The notes under the pieces are model-generated. The model made no database searches. It had not been told where the DNA came from and saw only the letters and a program-made list of their open reading frames with translations. A DNA stretch of 64,000 nucleotides from a virus (taxonomy: Duplodnaviria > Caudoviricetes), in IMG/VR virus record IMGVR_UViG_3300034166_000463, positions 6,642 to 70,641 of that record; one strand, written 5' to 3'. Positions 55,832 through 64,000 of this stretch are shown one piece after another (within the stretch, counting starts at the first letter, position 1; every line of letters starts with the position of its first letter). The position numbers and the translations under genes are program-made.

Positions 55832-57559
55832 ATGACAAAATCAGTTACAACATATCCTAACGCCGCAATTGACGCTCTGGCAGAGAATAGCGTCACCCCG
55901 TATGACCTTGTATGCGAGCTTGAAGAAGCATTCGCAGCCAACTTCATTAAACCACAGCCATTCATTCAGCTTGCACCAAAAGTGCCGTTGAATGAATTGG
56001 TAGCCAACGACCCAATAATGGGGCTAATGGCTAAGCAGATGTCTGAGTTCGCTCAGTCCCGTGTATTGGCGAATGCCGTATGGCAACAAAAGCTAATGAT
56101 CTATCGCAACTTTGGCCGTTACGGGCTGGAGAAAGATGAGATTGCGCTAATTGACCGCGCCAAGGAAGGGCTTGAAAGCATCGAAGACAGACTGGCAGCA
56201 GCTTGCTATGCGGTTGAGTCCGTTAAGTCACGCAAAGCTTGGAAGAAAGAACAAGCCAAGCACCAAGACCCATCCAACTACACTAATTTAGTTCAGGCTA
56301 AAAAAGAGAAGGTTGGGGATCGCTTCCAATGGGTTGATTCGGTGATTCACGAGTTGCCACCAGCAGTTAAAGGAAAGGCACACGCTGAAGCCTACTATGC
56401 GATGAAGCTCCCAGATGGCCGTGTGGTCAACCTAGGGGCTTCGCAAGGCTCCTTGGCTCCGATACTGAACAAGTATCCGTCAAGGGCTCTTAGAAACGTC
56501 GCTACGCGCCTAGGAATCGCGCCTGTAGGTGGAGACACCGCAGTCCTCAATCAAATCCTAGAAGCACCGCTCATTGAGTGGACAAACGACAAGGGTGAGA
56601 TTGAGCAATGCTACAAGTGGCTCCCAAGCTACACATCGGCATGGCAAGGCAACGTCTGGCTGGTTTACATCGGCTGGAGGTTGAATCCAAAATGCACACC
56701 ATCTAGCTATTGGGTTGATGCGAACAACGAGCTTACACAGGACAACCCCAACAAAGGTATTCCTGAAGGACACGAGGCGTATCAGGCTCCATTAAGCCTT
56801 TCACAGCTTGATTACCACTTACTCAGCGAAAGCTCAGACTTGGCAATTGAGAACGAAAACGGCGAAGTTGTGGACTTCATGAACGAAGAAGAAGAATTCC
56901 TAACCTGCTTCCCGCAGCGTGAGGACGATCAAGTCTTCATTGATATGTCCAAGTTCGCTGAAGACGATGAAGAGCTTGAACTACTGAATGCAGTTTCTGG
57001 CGTTGTAGAACGCTCTGAAAGCGGCATCACAATTGGTGACGCGCAATCCAAAGCCTTTACGGAAGAATACCTCCACAAAGGCATTGTGAGCGCGCAAAAA
57101 ACCATCGAGCGTTGCATGAAGCAAGAGCCTAACGAGCTTAGTCAGAAAATCATCGAATGGATGGAACAAAAGATACAGCGTCTTACACGCCTTACAACGC
57201 TCCATAACGCATTCATGACAGAAGACTCATCCCACAACCTTGTAGAATACTGGTATCCCAAAGTTCACAATATGTGGACAATGGGACGCAGCGAAAACTA
57301 CGCAAAAGAGCCTGTAAAGACTCAGCCGTGTATGACAATCGCACCAGATAACAACATTGAACCTAAAACCACGTTCATCATGTCGCCATCACGCTACATG
57401 AACCGCAAAGTGATTTCATGCACCTTAGATGATGCAAAACAGCTTCGCCGTCGCAAAGCAGTAGAAAACAGCATCACTCATAACCGCTTCGGCATGCTCA
57501 TTCGTGAAAAAGCCGCAGCAAAAGAATTCGCCTCTACACTCGACGCACTCCTGAGTTAG
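55832..57559 (+). CDS. large early hypothetical protein
   Basis: 575-aa ORF flanked by two copies of a hairpin motif; no recognised domain. Confidence 0.7.
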   Translation: MTKSVTTYPNAAIDALAENSVTPYDLVCELEEAFAANFIKPQPFIQLAPKVPLNELVANDPIMGLMAKQMSEFAQSRVLANAVWQQKLMIYRNFGRYGLEKDEIALIDRAKEGLESIEDRLAAACYAVESVKSRKAWKKEQAKHQDPSNYTNLVQAKKEKVGDRFQWVDSVIHELPPAVKGKAHAEAYYAMKLPDGRVVNLGASQGSLAPILNKYPSRALRNVATRLGIAPVGGDTAVLNQILEAPLIEWTNDKGEIEQCYKWLPSYTSAWQGNVWLVYIGWRLNPKCTPSSYWVDANNELTQDNPNKGIPEGHEAYQAPLSLSQLDYHLLSESSDLAIENENGEVVDFMNEEEEFLTCFPQREDDQVFIDMSKFAEDDEELELLNAVSGVVERSESGITIGDAQSKAFTEEYLHKGIVSAQKTIERCMKQEPNELSQKIIEWMEQKIQRLTRLTTLHNAFMTEDSSHNLVEYWYPKVHNMWTMGRSENYAKEPVKTQPCMTIAPDNNIEPKTTFIMSPSRYMNRKVISCTLDDAKQLRRRKAVENSITHNRFGMLIREKAAAKEFASTLDALLS

Positions 57560-57672
57560 TCGGGAGCGCTTCGCGCTAGAGGTTAAAGTGTCTAAAGGAT
57601 ACGACATAGGACAAGCAGTGGGGTGCGACACAACGACAACGCACAATCTAAAACAAACAAAAAGGAGAAACA

Positions 57673-58125
57673 ATGAACACTGAAACTACAGAACAAATCG
57701 AAACAGCAGCCGCACCTAGCATAACCAACGCACCATTCATCGGGCTTATCAAGCCGGGCATTCACAATGCAGTGGTAATTGGTGCAGCAATGCGCCGTAA
57801 TCGCAACGGTAAGCTCCACCTTGCCCTTGATTGTGACACTGGCACACGAATCGTAAACCACGAAATGTATTGCTCGACACCACCAGCCGCGCAAAACACA
57901 GCAAAGCAAGTCAAAGAAGCATTCGGCATCGAATCCTTCAAAGACGTTGCACAAATTGTGAATCAGAAATGCGCACTACGCATCGAGCACGAAGAATACA
58001 ATGGACGCATCCAAGCAAAGGTTCGCTATGTCGGTCCAGACAACAGCACAGAAGCTGAAGACGTTGATCTTGACGAGTTGGACGCAGCTTTCACAGCACC
58101 AACATCGCTTGACGTAGCGTTCTAA
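57673..58125 (+). CDS. DUF669-like ssDNA-binding protein
   Basis: PGIHNAVV...IEHEEYNG...VRYV plus an acidic tail ending in F; AAGGAG RBS. Confidence 0.6.
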   Translation: MNTETTEQIETAAAPSITNAPFIGLIKPGIHNAVVIGAAMRRNRNGKLHLALDCDTGTRIVNHEMYCSTPPAAQNTAKQVKEAFGIESFKDVAQIVNQKCALRIEHEEYNGRIQAKVRYVGPDNSTEAEDVDLDELDAAFTAPTSLDVAF

Positions 58126-58132
58126 TCATACC

Positions 58133-58178
58133 TAGCTCCACCCTTGACAAAATCTTGGGTGGAGCTATCACTTTTTTT
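58133..58178 (+). terminator. intrinsic terminator
   Basis: TAGCTCCACCC/GGGTGGAGCTA stem followed by a T7 run. Confidence 0.7.
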
Positions 58179-58195
58179 AACCATCTCAATCTTAC

Positions 58196-58552
58196 GGGGC
58201 TGTAATGGTTTCGACACAACGCGATAGAATACATAAGCAAGTAGAGGTTGATCGGCTGGCCTCTTTAATAAGCCGCTCAAAACAAACAAATGGCAACAAC
58301 GTCATTCGCGGAAACTTCGGAAGCAACACAGTTGCTCTCGTAGCCTAAGCAAAACACGCCCTCCGAAACGCTCGCTCTACGAAGGGAAACAAAACGAGCA
58401 AAAAACGCAACTCAGCGGCGTAAAGACTGAGTGGTGGAGGATGCAAAGCGCAAGCCAAGCGTCCCTAACGATTGACTGCCATAAGTAGTCTAAGCTTGTA
58501 GAAAATGTATTTAACAGCGTTGTGAACGGGGGTTCGACTCCCCCCAGCTCCA
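58196..58552 (+). ncRNA. ssrA: tmRNA
   Basis: 5' GGGGCTGTAATGGTTTCGAC; 3' GGGGGTTCGACTCCCCCCAGCTCCA with G3:U70; tag ORF 58292-58348 GNNVIRGNFGSNTVALVA*. Confidence 0.93.
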
Positions 58553-58600
58553 GTTCCAAATTAAGACTTGCATCAAACCCTTAATCAAGTAAGTTTGAAC

Positions 58601-59140
58601 ATGTCTAAAACAAAAGAAGCAATCAGAATAGCGTTCAAGAAAGGCTATCGAGTAATGAATGATGGAAGTGTATGCAATGCAATAGGAAAAACCCGAAAAC
58701 TACAAATCACAAAATCAGGAACAGGACAAAACCCAATCCCGTATTATGTTTTCAACGTAGGAATAGGTAATTCCAAACGCTACCCAGTAAAAGTGCATCG
58801 ACTACTAGCTTTTCAGCTATTTGGCGAAGATGCTTTAAAAAATTCCATACACACAAGACATCTTGATGGGAACTCCCTAAATAACACTCCTCAAAACATC
58901 CGCTTAGGAACAGGATCGGAAAATGCAATGGATAGATGCCCAAAAGAAAGAAGACTTCACGCACAAAAAGCATCAAGATCAGCAAGCCGTCACACAGATG
59001 AAACATGGGCGGAAGTTCGAGCAGATCACAAAGCTGGACTCGGATACAAAAAACTAAAATTAAAATACGGAATTAGCCCTTCATCACTATCTTACCAATT
59101 GTCAAAAACCGGAAAATACAGAACTCTTACCAATAGGTAA
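58601..59140 (+). CDS. HNH homing endonuclease
   Basis: KVHRLLA...RHLDGNSLNN...NIRLGTGSEN and a C-terminal HTH. Confidence 0.9.
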   Translation: MSKTKEAIRIAFKKGYRVMNDGSVCNAIGKTRKLQITKSGTGQNPIPYYVFNVGIGNSKRYPVKVHRLLAFQLFGEDALKNSIHTRHLDGNSLNNTPQNIRLGTGSENAMDRCPKERRLHAQKASRSASRHTDETWAEVRADHKAGLGYKKLKLKYGISPSSLSYQLSKTGKYRTLTNR

Positions 59141-59175
59141 CTCTCCCATCTCCACTTTTTTTAAACCTATCAATC

Positions 59176-59388
59176 ATGATAAACCTAATAAAAAACAGCG
59201 ATCAAATTCAAATCAACGCAGAATGGAATCCGCCGTTCAAACAAGAAGAAACTCCCCGCGAGCGTCAAGACAGGCATGAAAAACATCAAGCCATGTTGCA
59301 AGATCACAAAGAACGCAAAGCACTTGCGCAAGAAAAGCACAAAGCTGGATGGCATAAATTCAAATTTGCTCCAAACACTTTGTTCTAA
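59176..59388 (+). CDS. hypothetical protein
   Basis: Short charged ORF. Confidence 0.5.
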   Translation: MINLIKNSDQIQINAEWNPPFKQEETPRERQDRHEKHQAMLQDHKERKALAQEKHKAGWHKFKFAPNTLF

Positions 59389-59394
59389 ACAATC

Positions 59395-60180
59395 TGGGAT
59401 AAATAAGTGAGCCTACAAAAAACATCACTTCGATTGACTGGCGTAAGCAGTCACCACATTTCAGCCTTTGCAGTAAGGGCATGACCTGACGATCTTACTT
59501 GGGGTAAAAGAGAACACTTGCCAGCCCCATTCAACCCACCTTGGCAAACTGATTAGCTATCAGTCACAACATGTAGGCAGAGGTCTGATACGTGAGCGAC
59601 CTGACCAAAGGTTGAGATGTGGTGCTTAAATGAGGTCATGGCTAAAGAGTGAGAAATATCCATGGAGTATGCGCCCTCGCAGCCACGCAAAAAATACTCC
59701 TCCCACACTGACGCTTAACAACCGTTTGAGCATAGTCGTTACGACTTGCAGCCGTAAGCTGCTATCTAAAGGTCTTTGTCAGTGAGTCAGCATCCGGTAG
59801 TCACGATACGGAGCGGGTGCAAAGAGCCAAATAAGTATGATAAGCTCTTTGGTTGCTGTGTAAAACGTAGGCGTCTCCACACGCCAATTGCTGACAAAAA
59901 CTGCCACTTTCAAAAACGTAATGAATTTTGGTTGTAAAGTGAAAACAGTAAGGGCGTATGCCAGTGAATACTAGATGGTGCAATCCCACTCTTGGAGACG
60001 TAACTTGTATAACCAAAACCCGTTTGCTTCGTAGGCAATAAGTAGACTTTAGCAGCAGTCACTAAGCCTCAGGTTGAGCCATGCTAACTAGAACATGGGC
60101 GAAGCAATCAATTTGCCGCTGGAGATGGAACGAATGAGTGAGGCGCAAGTAGCTCGCCCTCTGTCTCCAGTGGCAATCAC
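59395..60180 (+). ncRNA. large structured non-coding RNA candidate 2
   Basis: 19-bp helix 59452-59470/59606-59624 (2 G-U pairs), 17-bp helix 60113-60129/60160-60176 (3 G-U pairs), and crossing pairings 59480-87/59633-40, 59872-79/59993-60000, 59926-36/60008-18. Confidence 0.75.
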
Positions 60181-60446
60181 TTTCTCAGTGTGTGTGTAAA
60201 TGTCTCCTCTAGCAATTCGAATTCCCTAGTTACTGGGTTTTTAGCCTCGGCTAAATAAAGAATTTCTAGGGGAGACGCTTTCCCAAAACAATATAATATG
60301 ATAACTCTAACATTCGCATTAACAGGAATGCTAATACTAATACTGCAACTAATGATTGAAGATACAAAACTATTAATTCAATCAATAAAAAAAGAAATCT
60401 ACGAATCTTTTGATCACGACACAAAAATACACCAAGACTACCAACC

Positions 60447-60902
60447 ATGAACGGATTCCCCGAAGAAGATGATATGGGTCTGGCCAAAGAGCACAAACTC
60501 CAGCAAGAGATCGACCAGCAAAACAGCAAATCTGCGATCAGAATAGCCATAGCAGAAGCGTGTGGGTGGACTCGTGAATACGCCGATGTCCCAACGTGGA
60601 ACGCCTCCCTTAATAGTTACCAAGGAGGATACGAACCAGTTCAAACCCTGCTTTTTCGCAAAGAAGAAAAATGCTTCGTTGTAGAAAACTTACCCGACTA
60701 CCTCAGCGACCTCAACGCCATGCACGAGGCAGAGAAGTCATTGAACCCAAGCCTAGCAGGATGTTACGCAAGAACGCTTACATCAATAGCATGGCAATCA
60801 GAACAACCTGTTTTTGCTCCAATGACAGCAACCGCCGCCCACCGAGCAGAAGCTTACCTCCGCACGATTGGAAAGTGGACAACCAACCCGAACGAACTAT
60901 GA
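60447..60902 (+). CDS. phage ABA-sandwich-like protein, paralogue 1
   Basis: RIAIAEACGW...LPDYLSDLNAMHEAEK...ATAAHRAEA. Confidence 0.6.
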   Translation: MNGFPEEDDMGLAKEHKLQQEIDQQNSKSAIRIAIAEACGWTREYADVPTWNASLNSYQGGYEPVQTLLFRKEEKCFVVENLPDYLSDLNAMHEAEKSLNPSLAGCYARTLTSIAWQSEQPVFAPMTATAAHRAEAYLRTIGKWTTNPNEL

Positions 60903-61246
60903 ATAAAGAACAACAACGTATCGCCATTGCGGAGGCGTGTGGGTGGAAATTAGTTACGGATAATCCAGAATATGAGCCATACTGGGAAGATCCAAAAGGA
61001 AATATGGTTGCTGTTAACAACGGTGTTCATAGACTTCCCAACTACCTCAACGACCTCAACGCGATGCACGAGGCGGAAAAGGTGCTTTGGGAAATGGACT
61101 GGAGCTTCCGAAGTATTTTTAACGACCACTTAGCCAACATAATAAAAAGGCGAAAAGTAAATCGTAACGAATGGGATGCAGAAACTTTACTTGACGCAAC
61201 CGCCGCGCAACGCGCAGAAGCTTTCGTAAAAACTCTTTCCAAATAA
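60899..61246 (+). CDS. phage ABA-sandwich-like protein, paralogue 2
   Basis: The same three motifs; ATGA-coupled. Confidence 0.6.
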   Translation: MNKEQQRIAIAEACGWKLVTDNPEYEPYWEDPKGNMVAVNNGVHRLPNYLNDLNAMHEAEKVLWEMDWSFRSIFNDHLANIIKRRKVNRNEWDAETLLDATAAQRAEAFVKTLSK

Positions 61247-61268
61247 AAACAAAATAAAATCAAACAAT

Positions 61269-61727
61269 ATGAATACAACACTAATACCGCCAGACAAAAT
61301 CCAAAAAACACAACCTAAACCCACCAAATCTCAACTTATCGAAGCTTTAGTTGTAAAAGCTAAGGAAAAGTTCAACAAACAAAAAGAAGAAGCCAACATC
61401 AAACAAGAAAAAATCAGAGAAGAAATCAAAGAAAAGGCAATAATCGCTATCCCAAAGCGACTAAACGAACTTCAAGTAGAAGTAAATTACAGGGGAGACG
61501 TAAGTATCAGATTTGTTATGAATGACTCGTTGTTCAATAAACTTGGACAAAAATACCAAGAAGCTGATTCAATTGGATATTTCGATAAAAATGAAACCAA
61601 AAATAAAATTAAAGAATCATTAAAAAGTCCTAACCCATTGCTTGATAACCCAGATGTTTCAATTGCTTTAGAAAATCTATTGGAATCCATTTTCAATTCA
61701 AAAGAAAATTTAGTTATCGAAGGATAA
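61269..61727 (+). CDS. hypothetical protein
   Basis: AT-rich, Lys-rich ORF. Confidence 0.6.
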   Translation: MNTTLIPPDKIQKTQPKPTKSQLIEALVVKAKEKFNKQKEEANIKQEKIREEIKEKAIIAIPKRLNELQVEVNYRGDVSIRFVMNDSLFNKLGQKYQEADSIGYFDKNETKNKIKESLKSPNPLLDNPDVSIALENLLESIFNSKENLVIEG

Positions 61728-61749
61728 TCTCAATAAAGAGATAAAGGAG

Positions 61750-62061
61750 ATGAACGTACAACCAACACCTGAGACGGATGCTGCATGGGCTTGTTTCAAA
61801 GGCTACATGGAACCGCTGCAAGATGTTCAAGATTTAAGCCGTAAACTCGAACGCGAACGGGACGATGCACGGGAGCAGTTAGCCGCCGCCCGTGCCGAGA
61901 TTGATGAAATTCACGCAACAGGTGGGTGTAGCTACATCGAACTGCACAAAGTCACCGCACAGCGCGACAGGCTGGCGGAGGCTTTGGAGAAAGTTTACAG
62001 ATCATGGAATTATGCCGAAGTCGCTCGCGAAGCCCTCCAATCCCTAACCCATAAACCATGA
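61750..62061 (+). CDS. TPETD/KLERE coiled-coil family protein 1
   Basis: TPETDA...RKLERERD...VTAQRDRLAEAL. Confidence 0.7.
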   Translation: MNVQPTPETDAAWACFKGYMEPLQDVQDLSRKLERERDDAREQLAAARAEIDEIHATGGCSYIELHKVTAQRDRLAEALEKVYRSWNYAEVAREALQSLTHKP

Positions 62062-62615
62062 AAACTGACACACCTGAGACAGACGTATGGGAAGCATACT
62101 GCGATGAATGCTACTACCACATGTGGAGACTGCGCCGCAAAACTGACAGAGGATGGTATGATGGATTCCACATTCATACAGGGGAAGAAGCAAAAGGGCT
62201 TTGCGAGACGCTGAACAAACTCGAACGCGAACTCAACGAGGCACGGGCGGAATCAATCCGATGGATGTCCATAGCCGAAGGGCGGGGACGCTGTACATTG
62301 CGCGGCGGCCCCGACGCATGGGTTATCGGAGCGTGGGGAGACTCTATCACAGTGACCACCGCCGAAGACGTAATGCGCGAAGTGCGAGACTTCTTAGACG
62401 ATGGATGCAGGACAATCACCATCGAGCGACAAGGCGCGCCCGATAGAACGGACGGCGGATGCACGCCAATCGTTTCCGAAGATCAACTCGCCACCGTCAC
62501 CGCACAGCGCGACAGGCTGGCGGAGGTGTTGCAACAATGCCGCGAAGATTCCGTTGAATTAGTCACCGAGCGCGACCGCATCAATGCCATCATCAATACA
62601 TTCTCCAACCAATAA
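62058..62615 (+). CDS. TPETD/KLERE family protein 2
   Basis: Same motifs with unique inserts. Confidence 0.7.
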   Translation: MKTDTPETDVWEAYCDECYYHMWRLRRKTDRGWYDGFHIHTGEEAKGLCETLNKLERELNEARAESIRWMSIAEGRGRCTLRGGPDAWVIGAWGDSITVTTAEDVMREVRDFLDDGCRTITIERQGAPDRTDGGCTPIVSEDQLATVTAQRDRLAEVLQQCREDSVELVTERDRINAIINTFSNQ

Positions 62616-62619
62616 AAAC

Positions 62620-63126
62620 ATGAACGACACACCGACACCTGAGACGGATGCTCTTTACAGAGATGACCACCGCCCAAATCTTATTGAACACGCCCGTAAA
62701 CTCGAACGCGAGCGGGACGAGGCGCGGGAGTATGCAGACAAATTAGCCGAAGGGCTACCAGACGGGATGCTCCCGAAGGATGTCGAGGTGCTGCGGGAGG
62801 CGAATCTTGGGCTGGCTACCGAACTCGCCACCGTCACCGCACAGCGAGACGAAGCGCGGGAAACAATCGCCACGATGGAAATTCGTCATGCCGCTGTAAT
62901 GCTACACACTCAAAGCATTGTTGACGAAGCCAATCAATTTCGAGAGCAGCGCGACAGGCTGGCGGAGGCTCTGCGATACTGCCGCGAGGACTCAGCCGAA
63001 CTACTCGGCGAGCGCGATTGGTGGCAATCCGAGCCGAGGTGTGATTATGCTAAGAGATGGCAAGAAACCCACGATAACCTGACCCGCGCCGACGAAGCCC
63101 TCCAATCCCTAACCCTGAACGCCTAG
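62620..63126 (+). CDS. TPETD/KLERE family protein 3
   Basis: Same motifs; stop supplied by attC-like site E (AAC GCC TAG). Confidence 0.7.
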   Translation: MNDTPTPETDALYRDDHRPNLIEHARKLERERDEAREYADKLAEGLPDGMLPKDVEVLREANLGLATELATVTAQRDEARETIATMEIRHAAVMLHTQSIVDEANQFREQRDRLAEALRYCREDSAELLGERDWWQSEPRCDYAKRWQETHDNLTRADEALQSLTLNA

Positions 63127-63232
63127 CTCTGGCACCGCGCCGAGAGCGCGTGCCGCAACTCACAAATCTATGAAACCAAAATCAGACTTAAACAACACGG
63201 CGGGCGCGGTTGCTCAGGAGAGACTTGTTCGG
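63118..63232 (-). mobile_element. attC-like site E
   Basis: AAC-GCCTA-GCTCTGGCACCGCGCC...GGCGCGG-T-TGC-T-CA-G-GAGA-GACTT-GTTCGG. Confidence 0.85.
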
Positions 63233-63433
63233 GGTGTTTGGAATAACCTAGCGGCTTCGCTAATATGCACGCCCTTGCTCGGCGGAATCACCGTGTTTAC
63301 ATGCGGACTAGGCGGTCATGCCGACTTGGTTTCGTGGTGCGCTGCTGCACTCGGACTGTCCGTTGGATGGATGGCGGGTCTGTGTGGTGCGCTCGTGGTA
63401 ATTTCTTCACCGAACATCACTATCACAAAATGA
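63170..63433 (+). CDS. cassette-borne two-TM membrane protein
   Basis: ATG in the loop of site E; two hydrophobic helices; cassette ends at CCGAAC 63410-63415. Confidence 0.65.
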   Translation: MKPKSDLNNTAGAVAQERLVRGVWNNLAASLICTPLLGGITVFTCGLGGHADLVSWCAAALGLSVGWMAGLCGALVVISSPNITITK

Positions 63434-63500
63434 CAACGAAGAAAAAGACTCCCGCAAAGAAGAAAGCCCCGCCGGTTGCCGCTGCCGCGCCTTGTTCGGC
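63413..63500 (-). mobile_element. attC-like site F (left arm decayed)
   Basis: Right arm GGTTGCCGCTGCCGC-GCCTT-GTTCGGC is intact; GTTCGGC complements GCCGAAC 63552-63558. Confidence 0.6.
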
Positions 63501-63585
63501 GTCTGAGCTTGCTGACCGAATCGCCAACGAAATCGGACAAGGATTCCGTCTGCCGAACGCCTCTGTGGAGGCACGCCAAAAATAA
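63430..63585 (+). CDS. short, probably truncated cassette ORF
   Basis: MTTKKKTPAKKKAPPVAAAAPCSAS...PNASVEARQK. Confidence 0.45.
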   Translation: MTTKKKTPAKKKAPPVAAAAPCSASELADRIANEIGQGFRLPNASVEARQK

Positions 63586-63640
63586 ATCTATGAATACACC
63601 AACCAACTCCGAGGCGTTGCCTCTCACGAATTGTTCTCCG
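63556..63640 (-). mobile_element. attC-like site G
   Basis: AAC-GCCTCT-GTG-GAGGCA-CGCC pairs with GGCG-T-TGCCTC-T-CAC-GAATT-GTT; GTTCTCCG complements CGGAGAAC 63783-63790. Confidence 0.85.
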
Positions 63641-63973
63641 TCTTTTTTGTGCCGCGTGATCGGCCATCACTGGACATGTAAAAAGGTGGATGAGCAAACA
63701 TCCCCCGGATACCGGATTACGACCAAGGAAATGATCTCTCACTGCCGCCGATGTGGGATGCCGAATCCGATCTATTTTCATTCGGAGAACAGCGGCATGG
63801 GTGACGGATACTGCCCGATCTTCGATAAATTCACCGATCCTGACCACGGCAAACGCTGCACTGCATTTCAGCCGAACGTCAAAGGCCATGCGTCGCCGGA
63901 ACACGCGCCCAAAATTGATCAGACGGCTTCCTCGGCGTCGCATGTGCCGACTTGTTATCCATCTTCCGATTAG
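63590..63973 (+). CDS. cassette-borne DUF1660-like Zn-binding protein, reading through into the following remnants
   Basis: LCRVIGHHW...CRRCG; ATG in the loop of site G. Confidence 0.6.
   Translation: MNTPTNSEALPLTNCSPSFLCRVIGHHWTCKKVDEQTSPGYRITTKEMISHCRRCGMPNPIYFHSENSGMGDGYCPIFDKFTDPDHGKRCTAFQPNVKGHASPEHAPKIDQTASSASHVPTCYPSSD
63875..63960 (-). mobile_element. attC-like site I
   Basis: AAC-GTCAAA-GGC-CATGCG-TCGCCG pairs with CGGCG-T-CGCATG-T-GCC-GACTT-GTT. Confidence 0.85.
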
Positions 63974-64000
63974 TTCTCAAGCGCGTCACCTGCGCTTGAG

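Noticed and set aside
1-64000. Alternative genetic code / stop-codon recoding
   Set aside because: Long ORFs are intact under the standard code, all three stops are used, and no suppressor tRNA is seen.

Overview
Most or all of a ~64 kb tailed-phage genome (podovirus-like), apparently circularly permuted. A + strand early/replication arm runs from about 54.8 kb to the window end and from 1 to 15 kb. It carries an ERF recombinase, SSB-like proteins, HNH nucleases, DUF932, a T7-like primase-helicase, MazG, an RNA ligase, a tRNA-Cys and a tmRNA. A - strand virion/lysis arm (15-54.7 kb) carries the terminases, portal, scaffold, capsid, tail fibres, a CHAP endolysin and a 5098-aa virion protein. 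I found no DNA polymerase and no integrase. Main discovery: the phage carries integron-type gene cassettes bounded by attC-like hairpins at three loci (1-645, 5716-6383, 63118-64000). The attC sites are inverted relative to the ORFs and hold the start codon inside the hairpin. Each cassette's two ends are complementary, as in true integron cassettes. Both visible insertion points are attI-like AAC-5nt-GTTCG sites, and one insertion splits a resident gene that can be reconstructed. Other notable signals are two large, strongly structured intergenic RNAs (about 650 and 780 nt), a genome-wide 16-bp palindrome TTTAG-N6-CTAAA, and N4-type hairpin promoter candidates. All calls come from reading motifs by eye; no database searches were run.
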